Positions 1-13,519 of a DNA stretch of 64,000 bases are shown piece after piece. Source of the stretch: Octopus bimaculoides (taxonomy: Eukaryota). The stretch spans positions 33,448,551 through 33,512,550 of the forward strand of contig NC_069001.1 of the NCBI RefSeq assembly GCF_001194135.2. The letters run 5' to 3'. Each line of letters begins with the position of its first letter. Within the stretch, counting starts at the first letter, position 1. A model generated the notes under the pieces. That model worked only from the letters and a program-made list of their open reading frames with translations, did no database searches and was not told the origin of the DNA. A program made the translations under genes and the position numbers.

Positions 1-9
1 ACACACACA

Positions 10-67
<58 letters not shown>

Positions 68-1973
68 AGAAGAATATATATGCTACTTGATTAAATGTGA
101 AAGAAATCAACAAAGATTAGAAAATTTAAGTGGTTAATTTGTTTAAAAAATGCTGAAACCCCTGAAATGATGACATTTTGAGGCAGATGTTCACAGAGAG
201 AGAGAAGCTGGATGATGTGCTTCTATTCCATAGTGATAACAAGCTAATAAAAAAAAAAAAGAATAAAAAAGACGAAACATGCCTCTGATGTGATGAAACA
301 AATTGCTAATAAAATGGGGTTAACAAGACATAACCAGCACAATCACATTGGTAACAATATCTATAAAACAATTTTAACAAACCACAAAATGAAAAAAAAA
401 ATCTCATGCAAACAATACAGATACAAACCAAACCAGTATTAGAACTACACTGTACAGTGAGTAGTTACCAACTATACAGAATCCGATTGTATGTAGTTTG
501 GAACTTGGTGGAGGGTTAGTGTAGGTCTTGGAGACCTAAGTTTTGTAATTAAACGAAGAAAATAAAAACTAGTAGGTACAAATAAGGGTAATTAACAAAT
601 GACTTATTGATGCATTCTGTTTTGTGAATCAGAGAATGTTGTTCAATTTTGGTGAATACATTTTGTAAAATGTGGATGCATCGCAATAAAAGCCATTGGG
701 TTATTTACTAAATAAAATAAACTGCAAGCAGCAGCAACAGAGGTTTGAAATCTATTTGATCATCATACTGTGGATGATAATGCGACAGAAACAAACAATA
801 AAAAACAGAAAAATAGGGGAATAATAGAAATAAAAGCAAAAAAAAGGTAGTGTTTTGAATGAAAAATTGATAGATATAAAAATGTTTTACTTTGGCAGGA
901 ATAAAGAGTTTTAATATGAAAGCCATCAACGTTAATTTTGGCATGTTGTTTCTACTTTTGTTTTAAAAAGAGACATCTAATGTAACTTTACATATTAATT
1001 AGGTAGTGTCTTTTCGTGTGCTTCTGTAAGGGAATGTATGCATCTATATGAGTGAATGTATGTGTGTTAACATGTAAGTATTTATTTGCTAATGTGTAGG
1101 TATCTGTTTGTTAATGTATGTGTTTATTTGTTGCTAGCTTAACTCAATGTTGTTTCTTGTTTGCTAGACCCAAAAGCCCTGTATTCTTTCTTAGGGGATG
1201 GGAAAATGGTAAGCATGACATTTATATCTTTCTGAAGGGTTTTAAGAAAATTAAGTAGTTTCAATCAAAGTTTGAAACCATAATGCAGTCTTTTTAAATA
1301 AAAGAAATCAATTTTAATTTAAAAATCTTGCGATCAAAGTGCATAAATAATGTTAAAAAAAAAAGATATATATTTAAAGAAAACCTCTGTAATCATTAAA
1401 AGAACCAATTTAAAATAACTTCAGACTTTTTAAAGCACCAAATGAAATTTTTTAGAAGTAGAAACAGTCCAGATAATGTCTTTACTTTCTAAGGATTAAG
1501 TCAAGGCAGAGAATAATTAAGAAAACTTGCTTCTATTAATTATGACATGTAAGCAACGAGTCTGCAAAATAAGGTGAACTAAAAAAGTTTAGAGAGATAA
1601 AAGTATAAGGTAAAAAAGTGCAGTGAAATTTAAGAAATTTAAAAAGCTGTCAGGTTTCACTATGAGTTCAGAGAAAAGGTTTCTAGATAATTTTGGTTCT
1701 ATATTGAATAATTTGTTTATCTTTGTGAAAGTGTGTGTGTGTGTGTGTGTGTGTGAGACTGTCATTTTTGTTAATTGAAGTATAATTAGTGAGATCAGTG
1801 TGTTGGGACTACAAATTGCATAAAATTGCTTACATATTTGTTAAGGGGAAGCAAGATATCAACAGAAACAGTATATTGCAAACTCTTACTTTGGTCATTG
1901 AATGTAAAGTTTCTGGTGTTTAAGGAATAACTAAGTAAATGGATAAATACATAAATACATAAATAATAATAAT

Positions 1974-2565
1974 TCTTCCTATTATAGACACAAAGGGAAG
2001 GGGTTAATCAATTAGATTCAACCTAGTACCCAACTACTACTTATTTTATTGACCTTGAAAAGTTGAAAGATAAATTTGACCTTGGCAGAATTTGAACTTG
2101 GAACATGAAGACAGATGAAACGCTACAAAGCATTCTGTCCAGCAAGTTAATGATTCAGCCAACTCAATGCCTTAATAATAATAATAATCCTTTCTACTAA
2201 AGGTACAAAGCCTGAAATTTGTGGGTAGGGGATAAGTCGATCACATCGACCCCAGTGCTTGACTGGTACTTAATTTATCGATCCCAAAAAGATGAGAGGC
2301 AAAGTTGACCTTGGTGGAATTTGAACTCAGAACATAAAAATGGGCAATGTACTGCTAAGCATTTTGCCTAGCATGCTGATGATTCTGCCAGCTCACTGCC
2401 TTAAATCGATAATAATAATAATAATAATAATAATGGTTTCCAATTTGGGCACAAGGCCAGTAATTTTAAGGTAGGGCAAGTCGATTACATTGACCCCAGT
2501 ACTTGGCTGGTACAAATTTTATCAACCCTGAAAGGATGAAGGGCAAAGTTGACCCCGGTGGGATT
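1974..2565 (-). mobile_element. Three head-to-tail tRNA-derived SINEs (family A, (ATT)n tail)
   Basis: Three copies of the core (plus-strand aaggcaaagttgacc..ggaatttgaactcagaac), each separated by an (AAT)n run. Confidence 0.85.
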
Positions 2566-2766
2566 AATGTTAATAAAACTTAATAAATGAAAATAATAGT
2601 CTTTCCACTATTTATGTTATTATATTCACAAAGCTAATTAAACAATTATGCATGCACATACACACACACATATATGTATGTATAATGCATGTATATGTGT
2701 ATGTGTATATATGTATACACACATTTGCACACATGTACAAACACATACATGTAAATATACATGTAC

Positions 2767-2804
<38 letters not shown>

Positions 2805-3672
2805 TTTATGTGGAGAGAGACACAAAAAGAGATAGAGCGACTGATTCAAAAGGAGACATATATACTTATATATAGTGATACACTGATACACACACACCTT
2901 AATTCACCATACCTCTCTTCCAGGCACCATTCCATCCATCCATACATGTATAATGCTAGGTACCCAGGAATCTTCTCCACAATACACTTGTCCTGGTTCC
3001 TCCCATTCAACATCTCACATAAAACAACCATGCTCTCTCCTATCCTGACACTCAGTTGAATTGGCTCTTTTGTCTAACAAGTTACAAGGTGACCTCATTA
3101 GTCCTGGTGCCATAAAAAAAGTAGCCAGTATACTCTGTAAAGTGGTTGGCATTAGGTAAAGCATCCAGCTGTAAGGACAATGCCAGCCTGAGACAGTGGA
3201 GCAAGACGCTGTCCTCCAACCCATTGAATCCTGTCAAAACATCCATTTTCCATGCCAGCATGGAAAATGATGGTGGATACATCAAAATGATGGTGGATAC
3301 ATACATAATACATATATATATACATACATACACTCATACACATACATAAGTATATGCATGTACTCATATATGTATATATAGACACAAATGCACACACACA
3401 CATATTTAGATGTATATATGTATATGTGTGTGTTTGTATATATAACACACAAACACACATACATTCACATGTATACAATTTGTCCTAGCCAATATATATA
3501 TGTTTTGGGAAAATGTTGTTATATGTATATATAAAAAAAAAAAAATTTAAGTGGCAATTGCAAGTAAAGGAAATGAAAATTTTTAAAAAGAAAATACTTA
3601 GCAATTACAAAGGAACAGACTTTCATAACTTCTTCAATTACAATTGAATATATATGGAAAACTATCATACAA

Positions 3673-3737
<65 letters not shown>

Positions 3738-5209
3738 CAATCAAACAATAAAAATGATGTCTCTGACTAAAGTAAATAATCATCAAATAGTGAAAAATAT
3801 GAAAATAATAAATCTATAAAATAATGGAGATTGTTTTAAAATAATGTCAAATTGACTGATATACATCATCAGAATGAAAAAAAAAAAAAATTTCTGAAAG
3901 CACAATTTTAAAACAGTTTTCAACATGCACTAAACAACTAAATAATTTTTACTCAATGCTCATTTTTTATGCTGGGACAGTTTAGAGGGTGTTAGCTGGA
4001 AATGCCTGCCTTCATCCCAGGTATGGTTGACTACACACATGGCAGTGAAGAATTATATGGAAGTGGAGAAAGAGAGAGTGAGCGAATGAATGCGAGAAAA
4101 GTTGATACTAAAGAGAAAGGCATATAGATGTAAGAATGAGGAAGTGTAGGGTGAAGGGTGTAGGTATATGAATGTGTGTGTGTGTGTGTGTATGCACATA
4201 CATGCGTGAATGCATGTATGTGTTGTATATATGTGTTTAAAACAGAGAAAGAAAAGTAATAAGCAGAAGGAGATAAAATGAGTGAGAGAATAAAAATGTG
4301 AACTTAGTATGTAAATCAATAATGAATAATAAAAACACAGAAACCTGAGTGATAAGTGTGACATATATATCAGGGAAGGGGTAATGTGCAACGAAGGGGA
4401 GAGGAAAAAACAACACATTTTGGCAATGAAATACACATATGACAAAGACCTGTCTGTTTTAGTTTGTAATTTTAAATCACTTTTTTTTGTTTTGTTACTA
4501 TAGTTTGATAATTTATTATTTTTTTTTTTTTCAGTTTTCAATACCTGCCAATGACTTTAGCACAAACAACAACAACAATAACAACAAAAATAACAACATC
4601 AATAACAACACCACCACAAACAAAATTTCATGACCAACACTGATTATTGTTCATAGATAAATTGGAATGTAAATTTAGAGAAAGAAGCCAAAAGGTAGAT
4701 GACATCACTGAAACATCCAAGGTGACAATCTATGTATGATATTACCAGAATGTCAATGAAACTGAGTGGTCCCTCTTCTTGAAATGAAATAATATTTATA
4801 TATTGTATTGGACCCAAACACATTAGTAGCAGAAGGGATATAAGTGATTAACACCAACCCACTGTTCTAGTACATGCCTGATGATTAAACTTATCTATAA
4901 CCATTCCACCACCACCACCACACACACAAAGGGACAAAAGAGAAAAATTGACGGATAGAATTTGAATTCAGAATAAAGAGATGACAAAACTAAATAGCCT
5001 AAATCTGTTGATTCAGCTGTCCCCAACAATAATTGCTTATCTTGATACGAGATCACCATATCATGTACATATGGTTGTGAGGCATGTGCCTGATGTACCC
5101 TTATCAGACGGGTAGTCATGATGGATATATTGGGCTTTGTGTATTTGTACCCCAGTGTCACTTTGAGGGCATGCGCTGCTTTCTCACTCAATGATAATGA
5201 TGATTCATT

Positions 5210-6295
5210 CTAATATAGGCACAAGGCCTGGAAATTTAGTGGAGTGGGTAGGTTGATTACATCAACCCCTCTGTTCAACTGATACTTATTTTATCAATCT
5301 TTTAAGGATGACAGCCAAAGTCAATCTCAGCAGAATTTGAACTCAGAAATTTGGGGAAAGAGACATGTTAATTTAATCAACCCTAATAATTACTAGGTTC
5401 TTTATTTTATCAAAGGATGAAAGGCAAAGTCAACCTGGGGAAGATTTGAACCTAGAATATAAAAGGGTAGGACAAATACAGCAAGGTATTTTATGTGATG
5501 CTCTGTTGTTCTAACAGTGACATACATTTTTCTTTCTTTTTTTAAGAGCATACATATCACCCCCACTGCTCATATCTTGGAACTTACTTGGAACTACAGA
5601 AGGATGAAAGGCAAAGTTAAAACTGGCAACTGTGAAAAGACAATTTTTCTGACCTTTTACCAATACAACTATTCCAATGCTCTTAATATTAATAATGGTT
5701 CCTAACATAGGCACAAGGCCTCAAATCTTGGTGGGAAAGAGCACAATCAATCCCAGTGTCTAACTAGCCCCCTTTTTTTATTGATGCAAAGGATGAAAAG
5801 CAGGGGTTCAAAATTAGAATGTTATATAATGTAACTAAATACCATAAGGTTTTTCTGGTCCTCCATTCTCACAGTTCTATCAACTGAAATAATAATGCTT
5901 CTAATATAGATATTGCGATTTTAGGATGAGCAGGATATGGAGTATTGGGGTATGATCATGCCAGTTTTAAGAGCATACTAAATATCACTTGCATAAATAA
6001 ATTCCATTTGAAAAATGAAACTGAGTTACAAACTCAGTTCTTACAAAAACAGAACTGCACATTTATGACCACCACCACTACTACCATTACTACTAATAGT
6101 TTTTAATATAGTTACAAGGCCTGAAATTTGTAGGGAAGGAAATTATTGAACCATAGACCCGAGTACTAAACTGGTACTTATTTTATTGACCTTAGAAGGA
6201 TGAAAAGCAAAGTTGACCTTGGTGGGATTTGAAATCAGAATGTAAAGAACAACAAAAACCCTATGGCAATTTCCAAAAGCTCTATTCTGTCAATC
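5210..6295 (-). mobile_element. Cluster of about 5 decayed family A SINE copies
   Basis: Repeated ggcacaaggcctgaaat..., ggatgaaaggcaaagt... and atttgaactcagaa motifs, all in the same orientation. Confidence 0.75.
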
Positions 6296-7334
6296 TTTCA
6301 TTATAGTGATGATTTTATATTTAGTGAATAATAAGGAAATATTTGTATTTTTTTGTGCACACCATAATGCATACATCTGGCTCTTTATGATGCTTTAATG
6401 AATTTGTTAATCTGTTGCCATAGTAATAATTATTATTATTAAGAGATTTACTTTTGGACAATAATAATAGTGATTTCTTTCAACTAGCCAAAATGGTAAG
6501 TTTTATACTCAATATAACACTGGTGCTTATTTTCATGCTACTATTAACCTCCCACCCTCTGCAACTTTCCCCCCATAGTTAAGCTTGATCACTGGAACAG
6601 TTGAACACCAAAACAGGTATCACAAATCTGTCATTGGATTGCAACTTTTACAGTGGTATATTGGTTCTCTTAATAAATGACTTCCCTTAAGGAGTCACAA
6701 AATATTGGAGACATACAGAAAAGTAATAAGAGGTACGGGGCTCCTTCAAATATTTCTTCCATGTATTTAGAGTTGCAGATAAATTTGTTACGTTAATTGA
6801 AGAAAGATCAAATCTCACATTTGATGAGAATTCATCTCCCTTACCTCTCTCTTTGTCACTGGACCTTTGTGTTGATAATGAATATTTTTACATAGACATG
6901 AATCTTAAGATATTCAAACAATGGATGCAATAAATCGTAGCTTTCAAGCCATTCCTCCAAAGGATAAATGACAGGATCAGCTTCATAGATTCAGCAAGGA
7001 ATCAAAACCAGGCGGTAAAGTTAGTTTACCATTAATCCTACTCTAATGACTAACCCCACGCATCATTTAACGAGAAATACAAGTTGATTATATTGACCTA
7101 GATACATGACAGGTATTCTCTTTTATCAAACCAGTAAGGACTGACGCAAAATTGACACCAATGTCACTAGTAGTAGCAGAAGTAGTAGAGGTAGAGTAGT
7201 GGTGGTAGTGGTGGTGGTAGTAGTAGAAGTAGTAGTAGTAGCAGTAGTAATAGTAGTAAGCAGAGGAAAAGGAGGAGGAGGAAGATGTAGAAGAAACAAA
7301 AAAAATTAATAATGATAATTATAATGTTATTTTT

Positions 7335-7629
7335 CTATTGAAACAATGCCTCAAGTTTGTAGGGGAGCAGGGAGAGTCGATTAAATCAACATCATTACAT
7401 GCCTGGAACCTATTGAATCAAGTTTGGAGTTGTGTAAAGTTAAAGCTAACCCTGGTATGATTTGAACATGTGATTTGAAAAGGCAGACTGACAACACCTA
7501 GATCACATATACCAAATATTTTAATGGTGTAAATGTAGCGATTGCAAATGAGATTTTAAATCTCAATTTGTCAAGAAATTAGGAGCCAAATTGCAACCCA
7601 TATTAAAAACCTGCCACCACTGCCACAAC

Positions 7630-7683
<54 letters not shown>

Positions 7684-8160
7684 CAACAACAACAATAATC
7701 CTTTCTACTATAGGCACAAGGCCTGAAATTTTGTGGGAGGGGACTAGTTGATTAAATTGATCCCAGTGTTTCACTCGTACTTAATTCATTGACCCTGAAA
7801 GGATGAAAGGCAAAGTTGACCTCAGCGGAATTTGAACTCAGAACGCAGTGGCAGACGAAATACTGCTGAGCATTTTGCCTGGCGTGCTAACGACTCTGCC
7901 AGCTTGCTGCCTTCTAATAATAGTAGTAGTAGTAATGATAATAATAATAATAATAATTGTTTCTTACATTGGCTCAAAGCCAGAAATTTAGGGAGAGAAA
8001 ATAGTCAATTAAATTAACCCCGTTACTTGACTATTACTTTATTTTATTGGCTCTGAAAGGATGAATGGAGAAGATAACCTTGGTAGGATTTGAACTCAGA
8101 ATGTAGAGAGCTGTAACTAAATGCCACAAGGCATTTTGTTTGATGCTCTAACATTTTTTA
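7335..8160 (-). mobile_element. Three family A SINE copies around long (AAT)n tracts
   Basis: A well-preserved copy at about 7697-7912, further copies at about 7335-7480 and 7958-8160, and (AAT)n at about 7634-7680 and 7915-7958. Confidence 0.8.
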
Positions 8161-8488
8161 CCATTCCTTTTGATATGAAAGTCTATGATAGAATAAAAAA
8201 CATATTGTTTGCTTTTCTTCATTCTATTACATCAAAGATTAGATTGCAAGAAATGACAACCCCACCAAGAAACTAAAGCATTATAACGTTTAACCCTTTT
8301 GTTAACATATTTCTCTTGCAATACACTCACATAAATTAACATGAAATTTTGATGGAAGGTTTTAATTTAAATCACTTTTAAAACAGGAAGTTTGAATCAT
8401 AGATGGTCTCAGGTGAGTTGGTATCAAAAGGGTTAATAAATTGTAAGATGAGTGAACCCAGGTTCAATTAGGATGTCAGATTTGTGTC

Positions 8489-8531
<43 letters not shown>

Positions 8532-8703
8532 TATTGTTCTTTATATAGAGGTATGTATAATCTCAGACTTAAGGGAGATTGTGATATTCATGCAGTTCTT
8601 AAAAGGTATGAAAGTAAGTCACGCAGTTTGAAGCAGGTATTGATTGATGCAAGTCAGTAGATTTGATTCAATCAGAACTTACAATCGTACCATAAAGCTT
8701 GTC

Positions 8704-8718
8704 TCACACACACACACA

Positions 8719-8754
<36 letters not shown>

Positions 8755-9248
8755 GAGAAAGTGGTCAGGATCAGACATGAGTAGACAGCCATCATCATGT
8801 GTATATAAACTGTATTCAAAATAAATGCAAACAATAAATAAAAGGTGGGGAAAAAATCAACAACACATTGAACCACTCACATACTGGCATGCATATAAAC
8901 ATACACATATATTAATACATATACATCTGTACATAAATATACACACATAGATATATACATGCATGCATAAATACATACATACACATACATACATACACTC
9001 TTTTACTCACAGAGAAGTACTCATTTATGCATACACACACATATATATATTATTGATACATATCTATACCAAAAAGTGTGTATAATCATGCTTTAATCTA
9101 AAATAAGCATATACTTAGTAAGATATGAGCTTGTATATGTATAGGAGTATAGGTATGTATCATCATCATCATTATTCCCAGCATAGCTCTCCACATTTTA
9201 GATCTAATCTGCACTTACATCCAAACATGCATGCAAAATTTATGTATG

Positions 9249-9289
<41 letters not shown>

Positions 9290-9312
9290 NNNNNNNNNNA
9301 CACACACACACA

Positions 9313-9348
<36 letters not shown>

Positions 9349-9689
9349 GAGAAAGTGGTCAGGATCAGACATGAGTAGACAGCCATCATCATGTGTATAT
9401 AAACTGTATTCAAAATAAATGCAAACAATAAATAAAAGGTGGGGAAAAAATCAACAACACATTGAACCACTCACATACTGGCATGCATATAAACATACAC
9501 ATATATTAATACATATACATCTGTACATAAATATACACACATAGATATATACATGCATGCATAAATACATACATACACATACATACATACACTCTTTTAC
9601 TCACAGAGAAGTACTCATTTATGCATACACACACATATATATATTATTGATACATATCTATACCAAAAAGTGTGTATAATCATGCTTTN
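8704..9689. other. About 390-bp near-exact duplication across a 10-N gap (probable assembly artefact)
   Basis: About 8704-9094 recurs at 9300-9689, with microsatellites and N gaps at the junctions. Confidence 0.8.
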
Positions 9690-10854
9690 NNNNNNNNNNN
9701 NNNNNNNNNNNNNNNNNNNNNNNNNNNNNNNNNNNNNNNNNNNNNNNNNNNNNNNNNNNNNNNNNNNNNNNNTTACTTTTCTTGTTTCAATCTTGATCAT
9801 ACATCAACGTTGAATCTAAAGAATTGATGTTATTGAAAGAAAACATATTTCATGGGATGTACTTTAGAAATTTAAAAAATATTTCATACAAAGGTTAAAA
9901 AAAAGATAAAATTTTTGTTTTGTGTATTTTGTTTGTGATTGAAAATTTTTTTCTTGAAAAACCTGTTTTTGTATTTTTCATTTCCTTTTTTTTTTATAAT
10001 TTAAAAATGTGAAAAAATTTTTTCCAGATATTTTTTACCTTTGAAATATGAATGATAAAAAAAATATATAGATATGTGTGTGTGTATGTATATATGTAAT
10101 TTTTTTCCTTGTTGGAGAAAAATTAATTTGTTGACATAGATGGGGAAATGGTCAGTCATTTTTAGATGAGAAAGAAAACGTGAGAAAATAAAAATAAAAT
10201 ATGAATGACTGATGAGATGTATGAAATATAAAAGTGAGAAAGAAAGAGGAAAGAGGGAGAGCGGGGAAGAGGGAGAGATGTGGTGATATTTCAAATAAAA
10301 AGTTGTGGTTAATTTGGTTCTTATATTTTTCTATTCTTTTGCTTGTAGTTTGTGCTGTATTGCTTGTGTTGTTTTGATTTGTGTTTTTTATTTTGTTGTT
10401 CTCAGAACAAATCCCTCATCCATGGAAAAAAAAAAAATTAAATTTGGAAAATATCTGCTATTGGAATAGCTTCTTTAGTGTTTGTTAACAGTTGGCTGAG
10501 ATCCAGGACTACTCATGCAACATTCTAAACAAGCAAGAAAAACATTCATTTAGCTATACATACACACACACATATACACTCCCACTCACATATACACATA
10601 CACTCTCTCTCATACACACACATATCATACAAAAAAAAAATCATACATTGCCATTGAGCTTATTTTTCTATGTTGTTGCAACAGATTTGCTTTGTAGCCA
10701 CGGTGAGAGTTGTATGGTAGTGGTTAGTTTCTGTGACCTACAAGACATGCTAGCAATACACCCGATTAGGAGTAGCGAGGGTAGTGTCGGTGGATTTGAA
10801 GGGGAAGGCAGAAAGGGGGAAAGGAAGGGAGGGGAACCTGAATTTTTGCTGTTT

Positions 10855-11068
10855 TTAGAAGTCCATTTCATTGCTGCTAGCACTGGCTGCACTGTCACTA
10901 ATTATTTCTAAAGAAGACTCTCTCGTTCCAGTTCTGCTCTCTTGGTCAGTAGAACTATTGCCCATGTAACAACCAGGTTTCCTGCACCATTTCATTAAAC
11001 CTTCATCAACCATTATTTCATTGGCTCGTCCTATTAAAACAGGACCACACCCACATGGAATCATATAA
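10855..11068 (-). CDS. SINHCAF: SINHCAF/FAM60A terminal coding exon (IYMIPCGCGPVLIGRANEIMVDEGLMKWC...NEMDF*)
   Basis: Acceptor ttcattacag, phase 2 fits, stop TAA at 10857-10855. It aligns to the FAM60A C-terminal motif ICCG.IY.G..GEV.ID..L.KPC. The spliced product is 220 aa, about the size of vertebrate FAM60A. Confidence 0.9.
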
Positions 11069-11427
11069 CTGTAATGAAATCAAGAAAAAATGAAGAGAAA
11101 ATAGAATTAAAAGAAACAAACAAAAAGAAAGGAATTATAAATGTTTGTATAAATAGTTTATAAAGTATATAAGTTGTAATCTGCACTATAAAGTGGTTGG
11201 TGACAGGAAGGATATCTTGCTGTAAAATCCATGCAAGAAACATTATGAGACTATTGCAACTCATACAGCATAAAAAAATTGGGTATCAAATGATGGTGAA
11301 TGCTAACAACATTAAAATAAAAGCAATACATACATGAGAAGTTTCAAAATATGAAAATCAGTTTTAAAATTTTCAAATGTTACATTTGTTCTGAGGGGAC
11401 TAGATGTTATTTTTATTGTTTGCTTGT

Positions 11428-11700
11428 GACAGTACATGGTTTAGTGGTTAGGATATTTAGCTCATGATCATAAGATCATAAGTTTGATTCCCAGCAGTGC
11501 ATTGTGTCCTTGAGCCAGACACTTTACTTCTCGTTGCTCCAGTCTATTCATCAGGCAAAAATGAGTTGTACCTGTGATACTAAAGGCCAGCCTTGTCACA
11601 TTCTGTACCTTGCTGAATCTCCATGAGAACTACATTAAGGATATACATGTCTGTGGAGTTCTCAGCCACTTGCATATTGATTTCATGAGCTTTTTCTTTC
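11428..11700 (+). mobile_element. tRNA-derived SINE family B (CpG-decayed copy)
   Basis: tRNA-like head plus the core gagaactacattaagg..acatgtctgtggag..ctcagccacttgca, shared with the copies at 18.7, 23.5 and 61.3 kb. Confidence 0.75.
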
Positions 11701-11995
11701 AGAGCCTTTGAGGCTGGTGGGAGGAGTGGAGGAAGTTATCCTCAGACCAAAAACCTGGCCTGAATGCTTGCAACAAAGTGGACTCAACTTGAGGGCAGGT
11801 GGTTGAGGAGTAGTGGTGCTGTTGTTATTTCAGCCCCAAGCCAGCTTTCACCAAGCTGATCTTATACTCAAACACATTCTACTTATGACAATTCCTGGGA
11901 TAATACAACTTGGATTACATTATCCAATGTATCTTTGAAGGAGATTTGATTCTTATTAACTCAGTAGCAGTAGTTGTATCTTTGTCAGTTCAATA

Positions 11996-12172
11996 GGGGC
12001 ACATTTTGTTAGTTCATTAGAGACGCTTTTGTCAGTTCTGTAGAAGCACCTTTATCAGCTCTGTAGAGGCACCTTTGTTAGCTCAGTAGAGGCATGTTTT
12101 TTTAGCTCTGTAGAGGCACATTTGTTAGCTCTGTAGTGACACCTTTTATTAGCACACTAGAGGCAATCTTGT
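11996..12172. repeat. About 23-bp minisatellite, roughly 7-8 diverged copies, in a SINHCAF intron
   Basis: Unit approximately gcacctttgttagctctgtagag. TAG anchors at 12041, 12064, 12087, 12111, 12134 and 12158. Confidence 0.85.
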
Positions 12173-12667
12173 AAGCCAGGTGAGCAACTGTGTAGATGCT
12201 ATCTATCCTGTGACAACAATGTAAAACTGACAGGTACTTTGTTAAGATGATGGGATGAATTCAAATTTTCTGTTGTGTTTAGCTTAGAGAAAAAGATAGC
12301 CACCCCAACAAATTAAGATGACTTTCTTAAGAAGAAATCTTCAGAGGTGTCCCATGACCATCAGATAGATAACAATCCTGTAGAGACATAATGTTATTTT
12401 AACAAACATCATACCACTCCAACCAACAAGAGAAGGAACCTTTATGTAGCCACTTGTTAAAAATAGCAGCCAAATCTCTTTCAAATTGTACCCTACCATC
12501 TTAGAAAAGGAAAGATACATTGGATAATGTGGTTCAGGTTGCACAATGCCTATAGTATATGAGATGAACATGGCTGAAATTCCTATGCTTATAGGAATGC
12601 TTAGTTGTCTAAATTTCAACCCTTGTGCCACTTGAGTGTCACCCTCCTTCACAAACAAAACACTTAC

Positions 12668-12794
12668 ATTCGCCAGTAGTGACCATCACTTTCCATCAAT
12701 GCTTCTTCTTTCTCTCGCCGTTTCCGTTCTCGTCTTTTGGCAACTATGTGTCCCACTGACCTTATTCCTTCACAGATATCGCAGCTACATGCAA
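12668..12794 (-). CDS. SINHCAF: SINHCAF/FAM60A coding exon 3 (VACSCDICEGIRSVGHIVAKRRERKRREKEEALMESDGHYWR)
   Basis: Not in the ORF track. Acceptor ccttgtag, 127 nt, donor AT|GTAAGT. Phases 1 and 2 fit both neighbouring exons. It ends in YWR, matching the FAM60A YWK motif. Confidence 0.88.
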
Positions 12795-13049
12795 CTACAA
12801 GGACAGAATTGTTGAGAGTAAAAATTATGTTATGAATGACATGACATCAATAGTAATTAGCTTACATTTAATCTTTTAATTCCCTTTTTTAGCAGAGTTA
12901 ACGATACAAACTGGAGAACCAAAGCAGATGAATTCCTTTCAGCCAAAGAACTTACCACAATACAAGGGCACCTGTGACATTTTTCAAACATTTTAAAACA
13001 AGTATGAAGCTTCGGTTTTGTAGAAATAATAAGACAGCAAATTCCACCA

Positions 13050-13177
13050 ATGTCAAATTTGCCTTTCATCCATTTGGGCGTCAATAAATAAGAACCAGTT
13101 GAACTGCGGGGTCGATGGAATCAACTTACCCCCTTTCCCGAAATTGCTGGCCTTGTGCCAAAATTTGAAATCAATAT
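13050..13177 (+). mobile_element. Family A SINE 3' part in a SINHCAF intron
   Basis: gtcaaatttgcctttcatcc...ggggtcgatggaatcaacttaccc...ggccttgtgcc is the reverse orientation of the 2-8 kb copies. Confidence 0.7.
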
Positions 13178-13314
13178 TAGATGAACTATGATATCTATGT
13201 CATTCTACGCTGGTCTTTCCTCTTACAACAAGTGTTGACAAAAGGTCATTGAAATTAAACTGCTATTCATTGCTTTCTTCTAAGATGCAATATAGGAGTC
13301 AATAAATGCTTTAC

Positions 13315-13417
13315 CTCCATGTTTCCGAGGTTCTCCAGTTTGGTTGTCTACTTTGGTCTGGCGTTTTTTTCTTTTTAATATAGACCTTGCACCTGGATTT
13401 AAGCGGAGATCAACCAC
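13315..13417 (-). CDS. SINHCAF: SINHCAF/FAM60A coding exon 2 (VVDLRLNPGARSILKRKKRQTKVDNQTGEPRKHG)
   Basis: Acceptor ttttcag, 103 nt, donor G|GTAAAG (phase 1). It begins VVD, as in FAM60A VVDAR.GP, and is in frame with the previous exon. Confidence 0.92.
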
Positions 13418-13480
13418 CTGAAAATAGTCAGAAAAAAAACAATAAAAAACAATTAAAAAAAACAAACATTCTGTGCATGC

Positions 13481-13518
<38 letters not shown>

Positions 13519-13519
<1 letters not shown>

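Noticed and set aside
4630-4790. Possible minus-strand terminal exon (EGPLSFIDILVISYIDCHLGCFSDV...)
   Set aside because: No recognisable homology and no partner exon.
6600-7020. Possible Penelope/GIY-YIG remnant (..WYIG..)
   Set aside because: Only a 3-residue motif amid stops, which is insufficient evidence.
8704-9689. Apparent recent segmental duplication
   Set aside because: Near-identical copies abut N gaps and microsatellites, which points to a scaffolding overlap artefact.
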